Notes: generated from the letters alone by a model not told the origin. Shown: positions 1 to 12,389, numbered from the stretch's first letter. The stretch: DNA of 64,000 bases from Terriglobia bacterium (GCA_965206645.1 CBDBKE010000004.1:1056001-1120000), one strand, 5' to 3'. Made by a program: numbers and translations.

Positions 1-275
1 TCGGAACCAACCGGAACCGGTGAAGGCCAGCGGCAAATGGCGCAACCCCATACCCGTCTTCCGGTCGGAGGCGGCGAGCCCGATTGGGGAATTGCAACCG
101 GGACGGGGCACCTGGAACCGGACGCGCCATGCTCCGGCGAATGGAACGCAGAGCGATGGGAATGGCAGGATAGATTCTTGCCAAACTGAACGGTGTGGGG
201 CCACAAGCTTCATTTCAGCAGGAAGCCTCGCCAGGATAACACGCGCATCAGCGAGGGTCATCCTGCCCGCCGCTT
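1..275 (-). repeat. Structured leader element, copy 1 (runs off the window start)
   Basis: Aligns by eye with 44640-44917 and with the reverse complements of 32791-33070 and 56349-56605. Confidence 0.85.
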
Positions 276-390
276 GGGGAAGTAGGCCTCCCGAACAAGG
301 CCGATAGTCCCCACACGGGGCCTAGTGTTTACCTATGGTCCAGCCTGGATGGCGTCGGGTGTCCCTTGATTCGGTCAGCGGCCTCGGACG

Positions 391-418
391 ACGGTCCAGG
401 TAACACGGTCCAGGTAAC
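391..418. repeat. Perfect 14-bp tandem repeat (ACGGTCCAGGTAAC x2)
   Basis: Seen directly at 391-404 and 405-418. Confidence 0.8.
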
Positions 419-420
419 GT

Positions 421-449
421 AGAAAAGCGGCGGTCACAGACCGCCGTTT
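421..449 (-). terminator. Intrinsic terminator after the rhodanese gene
   Basis: CGGCGGTC/GACCGCCG stem followed by TTTT on the minus strand, about 25 nt after the read-through stop. Confidence 0.7.
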
Positions 450-474
450 GTGACATGTCCCGACTGGGAATCTA

Positions 475-915
475 CTACGGCTTCGGCCGGATCGATCCTT
501 CCGCCGGCCGATCTACCTTCTCAACGACCTTCTGACCTTCTTTCTTCCAATCCCGAATGCCGCAAAACTGACCTGCTTTGTAGCCCGCTCTGACGAATTT
601 CTCGGCAGCACGCGACGCGCGCCCCCCACCCTGTCAGTAGAAGACAAGCCGGATATTCTTGGGGATGTCCTTCATCCGCTTGTCCAGCTCGGCCACCGGG
701 ATGTGGATGGCACCGGGGATCGCACCGTCCCTTTTCATTTCCCAGTCCTCGCGGACATCGATCAAGAGGAACTTCTCGCCGCTGTCGAGCTTCTTCTTCA
801 GCTCCGAAATGGCAATGCGTTCCGTCTTCTTTTCCTGGGTCAATGCCACACGTGGTGCGAATGTCAGAGCTATAATAACCGTCGCGACCACAATGGCCAC
901 CATTCTTCTGGCCAT
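475..915 (-). CDS. Exported rhodanese-like sulfurtransferase, selenoprotein (UGA at 636-634)
   Basis: GGAGG RBS and ATG at 915. Signal-like N-terminus, LIDVRE..E and GAIHIP motifs. LVFY-TGA-QGGGRASRAA places TGA at the catalytic Cys, and the frame stays open to TAG TAG. Confidence 0.85.
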
Positions 916-1181
916 CTGCACCTCCCACACGATTCTACACGATTCAGGATCATTCGCGTTCAGACGATCGAGGCCTCCTCACGGTAGACCACAATGCCAG
1001 CGCAGCCTACCACCGAGTCCCGCCCTGCCCCAGCGTCGGCGCTGGTCGCGTAACGTCGGTCTGGTTATCCAGGTCCACCGCCTGTCGGCCTTGTGGACAC
1101 TTGCACTGAATAGCGCAGCCTTAGCGCTTCTCGGCGACCAGATCTATACCGGCATCAGCACCATCGAATCCAGGTTTCAGG

Positions 1182-1373
1182 GCCGCCGGCATCCAGACCC
1201 GCATCGGCAACCACACCTTCCGCGCCACCGGCATCACCGCCTACCTCAAGAACCACGGCACCCTGGAAACGGCGCAGCACATCGCCAACCACGAGTTCCC
1301 CCGCACCACCATGCTCTACGACCGCCGCCAGGAGGAGATCTGGCTGGACGAAGTAGAGAGAATCGCCATTTAA
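1182..1373 (+). pseudogene. Tyrosine recombinase C-terminal fragment
   Basis: IGNHTFRATGITAYL...ANHE..RTTMLYDRR (HxxR, H and Y motifs); no N-terminus. Confidence 0.75.
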
Positions 1374-1604
1374 CCCTTTAGCCCGCATTCCCAATTTGAT
1401 TCAGACGTTCCGACCTTCCAGCGGCCTTCAGCACCAGAATAAACAGGAACCACAGAGAACTAAGCCGCCACAAAAGGAGATGGCTGCGCCCCCTCGTGCG
1501 GCGTTGCAGGGCCTGCCAAGTTGGGTATGCTAGTCTCTTTGATGCTTAAAGGATCCGGCCTGACCAGCCACTATTGACGCTCACTACCTACGGGACTCTT
1601 TTTC

Positions 1605-2343
1605 ATGTTTGAACAAGCCTTCAAAAATATCGATGATGTCCTGAGAAAAGAGGCCGGTTGCACCACGGAACTCGACTATACCGAGCAAACCTCCTGGCTA
1701 CTGTTCCTGAAGTATCTGGACGCGCTGGAACAGGACAAGGCGGATGAAGCCGCGCTGGAGGCCAAGAAGTACGCCTTTATCCTCGACAAGCGCTTTCGGT
1801 GGGAAAAGTGGGCCGCTCCCAAGGGCAAGGACGGCAAAATCAACCACAACAAGGTGATGGTGGGCGATGACCTCCGGGACTTCGTCAACGACAAGCTCTT
1901 TCCCTATCTGCACGGCTTCAAGCAGAAGGCCAGCGGGCCGAACACCATCGAATACAAGATTGGCGAGATTTTCGGAGAGATCAAGAACAAGGTTCAGAGC
2001 GGCTACAACCTCCGCGAGATTATCGAGCACATCGACGACCTGCACTTCCGCTCGCAGACCGAGAAGCACGAGCTAAGCCACCTCTACGAAGCCAAGATCA
2101 GGAACATGGGCAACGCCGGGCGGAACGGGGGAGAGTATTACACGCCGCGACCGCTGATTCGCGCCATCGTGCAGGTTGTGAAACCCAAGATCGGCAACCG
2201 CATTTATGACGGGGCGTGCGGTTCGGCGGGCTTCCTGTGCGAGTCGTTCAATTTCCTGAAATCAAAGGGCAATCTGACCACGAAGGACCTGACCACTCTT
2301 CAAAACCGCACATTCCACGGGAAGGAGAAGAAGTCGCTGGCCT
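1605..2343 (+). pseudogene. hsdM: Type I R-M methyltransferase, truncated by IS3
   Basis: GEYYTPR and YDGACGSAGFL motifs; cut at the IS end before NPPF. Confidence 0.9.
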
Positions 2344-3623
2344 TGACCTGCCGGCTTTCTTCGGACCACCGATTACTGGAGAACAGCGCCAGTCGGCATG
2401 GTTAAGTCGCTCTCGTGTTCTTCTTGGTCAGCGTGAGCCGGCATCGCCGGCGAGCGCCCACCGTCATCCGAGCCAGCACGGAGCTGCGCTTTGAACTCGG
2501 CTGGCGTCAGATAGCCAAGGCTCGAGTGCGGTCGCACGTCGTTGTAGTGCCGTCGCCATTGCTCGATCCCCACCTTCGCGTCCACGCGGTTCCGAAACCA
2601 CTGCAGGCTCAGATACTCGTCGCGGAACTTCCCGTTGAACGATTCGTCGGTCGCATTCTGCCACGGCTTGCCCGGCTCGATGAGCGCGGTTTCGATCTGC
2701 GCCTGGAGCAGCCACCGGAGAATCGCACCCGCGACAAACTCGGGGCCGTTGTCGGACCGGAGGTAACGTGGGGCTCCGTGGACGCTCACGAGCTGCGTGA
2801 GCACCTCGATAACGCGCCCGGACCGAATGCCGCCGGCCACGTCGATCGCGAGTGACTCGCGGGTCCATTCGTCGACGACGGTGAGGCACTTGAGCGTCTG
2901 CCCATTCGCGCAGGTGTCGAACACGAAGTCGTACGCCCAGACGTGATTGACCGCAGTGGCGGGCACCGGGCGGGGCCGGCTCAGGGCGACCCGGCGCCGC
3001 GGCCGCCGCCGAGGCACCTGCAACCCCGCCTGGCGCCAGAGGCGATGGGTCCGGTCCGTGCTCATCGTGTGCCCTTCGCGTTTTAGGAAAATCCGAATCC
3101 GGCGATAGCCGTACCGCGGATACTGCGCCGCCAGACGACGCATCGCGGCCAGCGCCGGGGCATCCCGGTCGACCAGCCGCGACTGGTAGCCCAGCGTGGA
3201 CCGTGCGACGGAGAGCAAGGCGCACGCGCGGCGACCCGACAGACCGCGTGCACGTGCATACGCGACCTGCGGCCGGCGCACGCGTGCGCCTACCATTTTT
3301 TTCGGGTGATCTCCTTGAGCACGTCGATCTCCAGATCTCGATCGGCCACCATCTTTTTCAGCCGGCCGTTCTCCTGCTCGAGCTGCCGCAGCCGCTTCAC
3401 ATCGGCGGGCTCCAACGTGCCGAAGTGTTTCCGCCAGGCGTAGAGCGTCTGGGCGCTGACGCCGTTCTTTTTGGCCACCTCCGGAACGGGCCGCTGATCG
3501 GCCTCGCGGAGGATCGTCACCATCTGCTCTTCGGTAAACCGGGTCTTCTTCATGGCTCCCTCGTTTCTCCGAGGGCGCCATTCTCTCAGGCTTCAGCTGG
3601 TCCGGAAATCGCCAGGCAGGTCA
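2344..3623 (-). mobile_element. IS3-family element type B (1280 bp), copy 1
   Basis: TGACCTGCC...GGCAGGTCA ends; orfA 3290-3553; A7 slippery run; orfB DDE (WAYDF, SDNGPEF, ESFNG). No target duplication. Confidence 0.95.
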
Positions 3624-4518
3624 AATCGACCTGAAGAATCTTTCGGTGCGTTTCCTTTTCTGGTGGCTCATAAGTATTAAGGACTCAATTGTGGCCGAAG
3701 GCACAGGAGCGACGGTTCAGGGAGTAAAACTTCCCTTCGTAAGGTCTCGCCAAACACCTGTCCCCCCGCTCCCCGAACAGAAGCGGATTGTCGGCATTCT
3801 GCACGAGGCGTTTGAGGCTATCGCCACCGCCAAAGCCAACGCTGAAAAGAACCTCCAAAACGCCCGCGCCGTCTTCGAGAGCTACCTGAATGCCGTCTTC
3901 ACCCAGCGCGGTGAGGGTTGGGTGGAGAAGCGACTGGGAGAACTTGCAGACTTCCGAAACGGAATCAATTACACCAAAGACAGTAAAGGTGAGCGTGTGA
4001 ACATCGTCGGCGTAAAGGATTTTCAGAAAAGCTACTGGGTGCCGTGGCAAAACCTTGATTCGGTCAGGATTGACGGCACACTCTGCGACATAGATTTCCT
4101 GAGGCGTGGCGACATTCTAGCGGTCCGCTCAAACGGGAACCTCGAACTCATCGGTAGATGCATTCTGGCAGGGGAAGTCCCTGAGAAACTTTCCCACTCT
4201 GGTTTCACAATTCGCATCAGACTTTCAACCGGCGAAGTGCTGCCTGAATACTTGTGCCATTTTATGAAGTCCACCAATTCGAGAAAGCGACTCATCGATG
4301 GTGGTACCGGTACGAACATCAAGAGTTTGAATCAGCAGACACTTTCCGCATTGCGCGTTCCGTTCCCCATAGCGACAGAGCAGGAGACTCTAGTTGCCAG
4401 ACTCAAATCCATTTCTGAAGAAACCCAGCGCCTCGAATCCATCTACCAGCAAAAGCTCAGCACGCTGGAGGAGTTGAAAAAGTCGCTGCTGCACCAAGCA
4501 TTCGCCGAGGAACTGTAG
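3624..4518 (+). pseudogene. hsdS: Type I R-M specificity subunit, 5'-truncated
   Basis: PPLPEQKRIV and LKKSLLHQAF conserved regions; first TRD mostly lost at the IS junction. Confidence 0.85.
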
Positions 4519-4527
4519 AGCCATCGC

Positions 4528-6923
4528 ATGAACGAAGCCGAAACCAGAGCCGAGCATATCGATCCTGCCCTCAAGGCGGCGGGCTGGGGTGTGGATGAGG
4601 GCAGCCGCATCCTGCGCGAGTATCACATCACGCTGGGCCGCATCGAAGGCCACGGGAAGCGGGCCAAGCCGGACATAGCCGACTACGTCCTGGTGTACCG
4701 CAACCACAAGCTGGCAGTGGTGGAGGCCAAGGCATGGGACAAACCTTTGACCGAAGGGGTTGGGCAGGCGAAGAGCTACGCCGGGAAGCTCGCCATCCGC
4801 AATACCTATTCACCAACGGCCAGGTCATCTACGGCATCGACATGAAGGAGGGGACGGAGGGCGAAGTTGCTCAATTCCCTTCCCCCGAAGAACTGTGGAA
4901 GCTGACCTTCGCCGAAGCAAACGCCTGGCGGGACCGCTTCGCCACGGTCCCTTTTGAGGACAGGGGCGGATTCTTCCAGGCACGCTATTATCAGGACCTG
5001 GCAATCGAACGGGCGATGGAGGCAATCGCCGCCGAGAAAGATCGCATCCTGCTCACACTGGCGACGGGCACGGGCAAGACGTTCATCGCCTTTCAGATCG
5101 CCTGGAAGCTCTTTTACAGCCGCTGGAATCTGACCCGAGAGGGATTGCGCCGTCCGCGCATACTGTTCCTGGCGGACCGCAATATCCTGGCCGACCAAGC
5201 CTACAACGCCTTCTCCGCATTTCCCGAAGACGCGATGGCCCGAATGTCGCCGGGAGAAATCCGCAAGAAAGGCAAGGTCCCGAAGAACGCCAGCCTATTC
5301 TTCACCATCTTCCAGACGTTCATGAGCGGCCCGCCCAAGGACGGCCAGCCCTCGCCCTATTTCGGCGATTATCCCCCGGACTTCTTCGACTTCATCGTGA
5401 TCGACGAGTGCCATCGCGGCGGAGCGAATGACGAGAGCAACTGGCGCGGCATCCTGAAATACTTCAGCCCCGCCGTGCAGCTCGGCCTGACCGCCACGCC
5501 GAAGCGCCAGGACAACGTGGATACCTACGCCTACTTCGGCGGGCCGGTGTATGTCTATTCGCTGAAGGACGGCATCAACGATGGCTTCCTGACGCCCTTC
5601 AAGGTCAAGCAGATTTCCACCACGCTGGATGATTATGTCTATACGCCCGATGACGAGTTGATCGAGGGCGAGATTGAAGCCGGGAAACGCTACACGGAAG
5701 ACGACTTCAACAAGATCATCGAGATCAGGGAACGTGAAAAGCTTCGGGTAAAGTTGTTCATGGAGCAGATCAACCAGAGCGAGAAGACGCTGGTCTTCTG
5801 CGCCACGCAGAACCACGCGCTGGCCGTGCGCGACCTCGTCAACCAGATGAAGGCCAGCAACGACCCCAATTACTGCCAGAGAGTGACGGCCAACGACGGC
5901 AGCTTGGGCGAACTGCACCTGCGGTCCTTTCAGGACAACGAGAAGAGCATTCCCACCATCCTGACCACTTCACAAAAACTTTCGACCGGCGTGGATGCGC
6001 GAAATATCCGCAACATCGTGCTGATGCGCCCGATCAACTCGATGATCGAGTTCAAACAAATTATTGGGCGCGGCACGCGGCTGTATGACGGGAAGGATTA
6101 CTTCACGATCTACGATTTTGTGAAGGCGCACCACCACTTCAACGATCCCGAATGGGATGGCGAGCCGCTGGAACCGGAACCGTGTCCGAAGTGCAATTGC
6201 CAGCCTTGCCAGTGCGAAAAACCACCGCAAGAGCCTTGTCCTGATTGCGGCAAGCGGCCCTGCGAATGCGAACGGGAGCCTTGCCCCAAATGCGGCCAGC
6301 GTCCTTGCGTCTGCAAGAAAAAAGCCAAGGTGAAACTGGCGGACGGCAAAGAGCGCACCATTCAGCACATGATGGCAACCAGCTTCTGGCATCCCGACGG
6401 AACGCCCATGCACGCGCAACAGTTCCTGGAGGCACTGTTCGGCAAGCTGCCGGAGTTCTTCAAAAATGAGGCCGAACTGCGCGCCCTCTGGAGCGCTCCC
6501 GATACGAGAGCCAAGCTGTTAGAGGGGCTGGCTGAGAAAGGCTTCGGCAGGGAGCAGATGGCCGAGATGCAACGGATTATCGACGCCGAGAAGAGCGATC
6601 TTTTCGACGTTCTGGCGAATGTCGCCTACGCCCTGCCACCGCTCACTCGCGAGGAGCGGGCCACCCGAGCTAAAGTAGCGATTCATGCCCACTTCAACAG
6701 CAAGCAGCAAGCGTTCCTGGAGTTTGTACTCGCTCAGTACGTGAAAGTTGGCGTGCAGGAATTGGATCAGCAGAAGTTGTCACCCTTGCTGAAGCTCAGA
6801 TACAACAACGCCATCGCCGACGCGGTGGCAGACTTGGGCAGGCCGGAAGAGATCGGACAGGTTTTCTCCGGGTTCCAGAAATACCTTTACCAGCCAAGCG
6901 TGATAAATCAACCCTATGCTTAG
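4528..6923 (+). pseudogene. hsdR: Type I R-M restriction subunit (EcoAI/EcoEI-like), frameshift near 4810
   Basis: MNEAETR...ADYVL...VEAK in one frame; TNG, ATGTGKT, DECH, TAT and QIIGRGTR in another. Confidence 0.9.
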
Positions 6924-6952
6924 AACTAAAGCCGAGCAAGCCGCCATCTGCC

Positions 6953-6971
6953 GCCCCATCCGGGGCTTTTG
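6953..6971 (+). terminator. Possible terminator after hsdR
   Basis: GCCCC-ATCC-GGGGC followed by TTTT. Confidence 0.45.
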
Positions 6972-7339
6972 TTTGACCTGCCCCCGTTTGTTAGATGGAT
7001 AACAGCCTTGCAGGAGCACGGTTAACCGCTCGACAAACAGGAGAAGGCGAGGCAGACGGTGCTCGAACCAACGGAGGTGCTGTCTGCCGGTTGGGTGACT
7101 TGACCCCGGATCAATGGACGCAGTCGGCGCGTATTGGAATGGCTTGATGCTTACCCGCCGACGCTCAATCGGCAACACGACACCAGCCGTTGTAAAGAGG
7201 CTGACCTTACGGGACGGAGCAACGGCCTGGATACCTCCCGTCATTCACCGATCTGACTGTAGCCGAAATTGTATATGTGTGAAGTTGGTCACTTTTCAAG
7301 TTGCTTTATTTCAATAACTTAACTTGCCATTCGATATAC

Positions 7340-7697
7340 GGAGCTATGACTTCCTCAGCGCCCGGACTCATGATGGAAGGCTGCTGCGGATACTCCCGCT
7401 GATCGACGAGTATACGCGGGAATGCCTGGCACTACGGGTAGCACGGAGGCTGAACTCGCAGGATATGATCGAGACGCTGTCGGATGTGATGCTGTGGCGG
7501 GGGATTCCGGAGCATATCCGTTCCGACAATGGACCGGAGTTTGTTGCCCGGCAGTTGAGGGAGTGGCTCCGGGGACTGGGAACCAGGCCGCTGTATATCG
7601 AGCCTGGCAGTCCGTGGGAGAACGGGTACTGCGAGAGCTGTAATGGGAAGTTGAGGTAGGAATGCCTGAATGGGGAGATCTTCTACTCGTTGCAGGG
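7340..7697 (+). pseudogene. IS3 orfB fragment (diverged relative of type A)
   Basis: SYDF...IDEYTRECL...SDNGPEF; in-frame TAG at 7657. Confidence 0.85.
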
Positions 7698-8106
7698 CTG
7701 CCTACCACATCGGTGTTCCCCTGTCGCTCTGGGATGGCTTGCTTGAGGTGTGCGAGTGGGCATTACTGCAGGACGACTGGAAAGACCTCTCCGCCGGTGC
7801 CTGCTCTTGCCTGCCGTCCCTCGATGTTGGCGCCGTGGACGTGTCCTTATCAGTTGCTTGCCAGGACGCGTCCCACCGCTTTTTTTACCGCTTCGCCATC
7901 TCGTCTCGACAACGACTGTCAAGGGCGGAGTAAAACTAGACCACTCCGGCGGAGAGAAAGCAGACCAGTTCAGGGGTGGTGGAAGCTTTGATTTGAGAGG
8001 GAGTTGCGGGGGCGGTTGGAGCGGAGGCCTGCGACGCCCGCAGGGCGGCGCGGTTAGGCCGGAGTGGAAGCCGCCCTCGCAACTCGTCGCCCAGTATTGG
8101 GTGAGA

Positions 8107-8871
8107 TCAGGCGCGAGGCTTTCCGGAACGCCTTCGTTTGCTGTCCTTGAGCCGGTAACTTTCCCCGTTCATCTCCAGGATGTGGACATGGTGGGTGAGA
8201 CGATCCAGCAGGGCTCCGGTCAGCCGCTCCGATCCGAAGGCCTCCGTCCATTCGTTGAACGGCAGGTTGCTGGTCACCACGGTGGCGCTGCGTTCGTAGC
8301 GCCGGCTGAAGACCTCAAACAGCAACTCCGCCCCAGTCTTGGATAGCGGCACGAAACCCAGCTCGTCAATGATCAACAGCTCGAAACTGGAGAGCATCTT
8401 CTGGAACCGCATCAGGCGCCGCTCGTCCTTGGCCTCGATCAGCTCATGCGCCAGGGAGGCCGCCGTAGTGAACCGGACCCGGAACCCTTTCTGACAGGCG
8501 GCCAGTCCCAGCGCCAACGCAATGTGGGTTTTTCCCGTGCCCGAGTTCCCTAAAGCCAGGATGTTCTCCTTGCGTTCGATGAACTCGCCTCGGGCCAGCT
8601 CGAGCACCAAGGCCTTATTCAGCGACGGAAGGGCCAGGAAATCGAAACTGTCGAGGCTCTTCACCACGTCGAACCTGGCTTGGTGAATGCGCCGCTCGGT
8701 GGCGCGCCGTTCCCGGTCCAGCAGCTCCAGCTCCGTCAACCGCAGCAGGTAGCGCGGGAAGTCCACGCCCTCGGCAGCGCACTGCTGCGCCACCTTGTCG
8801 TACTCACGCAAAAAGGTGGGTAATTGCAGGGCCTTCAGATGGTGTTCCAGCAACACCTGGGGCGTGTCCAT
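8107..8871 (-). CDS. istB: IS21 helper ATPase
   Basis: GNSGTGKT, IIDELG and LLDRLTH motifs. Confidence 0.95.
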   Translation of the reverse strand: MDTPQVLLEHHLKALQLPTFLREYDKVAQQCAAEGVDFPRYLLRLTELELLDRERRATERRIHQARFDVVKSLDSFDFLALPSLNKALVLELARGEFIERKENILALGNSGTGKTHIALALGLAACQKGFRVRFTTAASLAHELIEAKDERRLMRFQKMLSSFELLIIDELGFVPLSKTGAELLFEVFSRRYERSATVVTSNLPFNEWTEAFGSERLTGALLDRLTHHVHILEMNGESYRLKDSKRRRSGKPRA

Positions 8872-10370
8872 CAGCAGACTCCTTCCCGGAGCAGGGTCAG
8901 ATAGTCGGCGGCGGCTGTGGTGGCCACCTGCGTCGCCGGCAGGTGCGGATAGTGCTCCAGGTCCAGCCGCGCCGGCCGCTGCTCGATCCGGCCCAGCAGC
9001 AGATGCTTGACCGCGTCAGACCAGATCGCCCCCAGCCGCAAGGCGTCCTCGACGGCCAGCGACACTTCCGTCCAACGGAACGTCTCCAGCCGTCGCAGGA
9101 CCTGCACATACTCCCGCTTGCCCTTCTTGCCTAACCGCGCCTCCATCAGCCGCCGCAGTTGCGCGAAGCCTTCCGGCAACTCCCAGCCGGCCAGGGGGGC
9201 GGCCTGGTTCAACGCGTTCGGCTTCTGCTCCAGCAGCGCCAGATAGTGCAACGGATCGAAGATCATCTCTTCCCGTTCCTAGCTCCGGACATGGCGTGCG
9301 ATCACTTCGCTCGCTGCACAGATCACCACTTCCTCGACGAATCCCTTCACCAGCACCTCCCGGTGCCCCCAAGCCACCGGCACCGAATAGTCGTTGGATC
9401 GATACCGCACCAGCGACAGTGACGTCACCCGTGTGGTCCGTTTGTCGCAGGCCTCATAGGGCGTCGCCGGCAGGGGCAGCAGCCTCTGTTGATCCTTCGC
9501 GAACCGCTCGCCGATCGTCTCTTGATGTCCTCGCAGACGCCGCTCTCGCCGCCGGGTGCACTGTTCCCGCAGCTTCGCGTGCAACTCCTCCCAGCTGGCA
9601 CACCGCGGCACCGGCACCAGGAAGTTCCGCCGCACGTAACCCACTAGTCCTTCCACTTTCCCTTTGTCATTGCCCTTGCCCGGTCGTCCGAACTTCTCCG
9701 CAAACAGGTAGTGACTCTGCAGTTCGGAGAACGCCCGCGTCTTGTTCCGTGTTCCGTCACCCAGGATCTGCCTCACCGCCAGCTTGGTGTTGTCGTACAG
9801 GATCGTGCGAGGCACTCCGCCGAAGTAGCCGAACGCCTGGTTGTGCCCTTCTAAGAACGCTTCGGTCGTCTCAGCCGGAAACGCCATCACGAAGCAGTCG
9901 TCCGATTGCGGCAGCTCCATCACGAAATAGTGCGCCTTGCGCTCCACCCCGCCGATCACCACTTGCGCTTCGCCAAAGTCGGCCTGGGCCTCCCCCGGTG
10001 GATGCTCCAGCGGCACGAACATCTCCCGCTGGCTCAGCTTCCGCAGCCGCACGTAGTCCTTCACGATGGTGTAGCCGCCCGGGAATCCGTGCTCCTCCCG
10101 CAGCCGCTCAAAAACCCGCTTGGCCGTGTGGCGTTGCTTCTTGCTCTGGGCCTTATCTTGCTCCAGGATCTGGTCGATGATCCCCACCCAGGCATCCAGC
10201 TTCGGCCGCCGCGCCGGCTGCTGCCGCCGATAGCCCGGAGGGATCGAGTACCGCAGCATCTTGCGGACCGTCTCGCGGGCTAGCCCGAACTGCCGCGCCG
10301 CCTCCCGTTCACTGATCCCCTCAACCTGAACTGCTCGTCGAACACGCGCATAGAGTTCCACTGTGTGCAC
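8871..10370 (-). pseudogene. istA: IS21 transposase with an in-frame TAG at 9279-9281
   Basis: QADFG, YDN and KGKVE motifs; the two ORFs are in the same frame. Confidence 0.9.
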
Positions 10371-10503
10371 ACCTCCGGTGTTTCACGAAACACATCAGAA
10401 TCACAATGTTTGATGGAATCGAACTGCGCTGGTCTAATTTTGCACCGCCAGAAACCGCCGCTTACGCGGCGCTCCCTGGTCTATTATTGCTCCGGCGTTC
10501 ATA

Positions 10504-11345
10504 CCCGTGTCTCGGCTGACCCGACTTTTCGTCTGATCGGCTCGAAGAAGAACTGGGATCGCGGCGGGGCGCTCACCTCACGGCGGCAAAGCTTTGAGGC
10601 AGAGCTGCTGGCCAGTGAAGAGAACCTGCTGGGGCTGATGGCGGTGAACCGCGAGTTGGTCGCGCAGGCCGATTCCGAGCGCGTCGTGCTCGACATGGAC
10701 TCCACGGAAAGCCCGGTACACGGGCCACAGGAAGGCAGCGACTACAACGGCCACTTCCAGTCGGTTTGTTATCACCCTCTGTTGCTGTTCAACCAGGACG
10801 ACGACTGTCTGGCAGCGAAGCTGCGACCGGGCAACGTGCACAGCGCCGAGGACTGGGATGAGCTGCTGCTGCCCGAGATCGAGCGCCAACAGGCCGAAGG
10901 GAAACACGTGACGTTCCGGGCCGACGCAGCCTTCGCCAAGCCGGAGATTTACGAAGCGTTGGAGCAGCGTGGCGTCGACTACGTGCTTCGCATTCCGGCC
11001 AACAAGAACCTGGAGTTAGAGATCGAAGATATGCTGTTCCGTCCGCCGGGCAGGCCCTCCCGGAAACCCTTGGTGCGCTATAAGAGCTTTCAGTATCCGG
11101 CCGCGAGCTGGTCCCAGCCACGACGGATTGTTGCGAAAGCCGAGCAGCATCAGGGGGAGTTATTCCCGCGACCCGGCTTCATCGTCACCAACATGACCCT
11201 GCCGAGCCGCTCGCTGGTGCGCTTCTACAACAAGCGCGGGACGGCCGAGCAATGGATTAAAGAAGGCAAGCAGGCGACGCACTGGACGCGGCTGTCGTGT
11301 CATCGCTTCCGGGCGAACGAAGTGCGACTGTAGCTCAGCGTGCTG
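10504..11345 (+). pseudogene. IS1380-family transposase fragment
   Basis: LDMDST, YNGH..CYHPL, LRPGN, RADAAF and YNKRGTAEQWIKEGK motifs. Confidence 0.85.
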
Positions 11346-11528
11346 GGGGTGTGGCCGCCGTCCCCCTCGGCAATCCCCAGCAGATCGCCAAGCTCCCGCG
11401 TCACTTCAACCGGCTTGCCGCTATTAAGCGCCTGCCAGAATTCTTCCTCGGTGTCCACCGCGAGCACCGTCCGTGGCTTTCTCTTTCGATAATCATGTGT
11501 TCCCCTTTCCGCCCCGAAAGATCCTTTC

Positions 11529-11864
11529 CTAACCAGGGGTGGTAGTAAGAACCCTGTAAAGCAGACCGAAGACGGGGACGGCCAGCAGAACGATCAGCGG
11601 CCAGATCACGCGCCAGACCACTTGTCGCAGGTCGTCAATGCGGGCTCCTTGCGCTTTGATTTCGGCCTTAACTTCGTTGATCTGGGCCTCAAGACGGGCC
11701 CCTTGGGAGTCGATCTTGGCTCCGAGGACAGTAATGACATTCTGGCTGGCTATTTGGCGGATTTCCTCAATAGCAGTATGAACTACCTGGGGATCCGGTT
11801 CGGGGCTGCTCAGGGCTTTATAGAGCGCGTCGGTAGGGGGTTCAGCTGGGGTTGCCATTCTCAT
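11529..11864 (-). CDS. Small coiled-coil protein with a C-terminal membrane helix
   Basis: AGGAG RBS; heptad region then VIWPLIVLLAVPVFGLLY. Confidence 0.65.
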   Translation of the reverse strand: MRMATPAEPPTDALYKALSSPEPDPQVVHTAIEEIRQIASQNVITVLGAKIDSQGARLEAQINEVKAEIKAQGARIDDLRQVVWRVIWPLIVLLAVPVFGLLYRVLTTTPG

Positions 11865-12059
11865 TCTCCTTGATTGGGCAGATCAAAGAGTGCTCGATCT
11901 TGATCCCGTTCCAAGAATACCTCAAGCCCCTTTATGAGGCAATCTCTGCTTGTCGGGCTCACCCTAGGTGACGTGCTCCAGGTAGCTACCGCTGACGGCC
12001 TTCGGCGGGGAATCGTCCTCAGATCCCCTTTCTCCTCTTACCAGCCAGGAGCCTCAGAT

Positions 12060-12230
12060 CGGCCCGGAGCGGTCAAGGGCGCGTCGGAGGCGCGGCGGCT
12101 GAGATGGCGCGGGCACGCCGTTGAGCACGACGGCGACGGGCTTATCACCGGCGAATCGAACGAGTTCAACGGTTGTGGAGACCGTCTCGATAGCATAGAT
12201 TGCGGGGCGGCATGGGATGAGAATGGGGTA
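12060..12230 (-). pseudogene. ParA-like fragment
   Basis: ILIPCRP...VAVVLNGVP resembles the ParA C-terminal strands. Confidence 0.5.
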
Positions 12231-12389
12231 GAGCAATGGCCGTGGCAGCAACCACCGTCAAGAAACCGTCAAAAAACTCGCCCATCAAGCGGGCTAGCCG
12301 TAGGCGTTGCGAGCGAAAGCAGACGCCCCGAAGTTGTGTAAGAGCAACGAGAGGAAAGAGTTGGTAGAAAACCGTGGAAGACGCCATCC

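Larger units (their letters stand above)
7917..10503 (-). mobile_element. IS21-family element
   Basis: Imperfect terminal IRs with internal repeats (TGTCAAGGGCGGAGTAAAACTAGACCA); contains istA and istB. Confidence 0.9.

Noticed and set aside
6975-7125. IS3-like IR starts (TGACCTGCCCC; GACTTGACCCCGG)
   Set aside because: Too short and degenerate to delimit an element.
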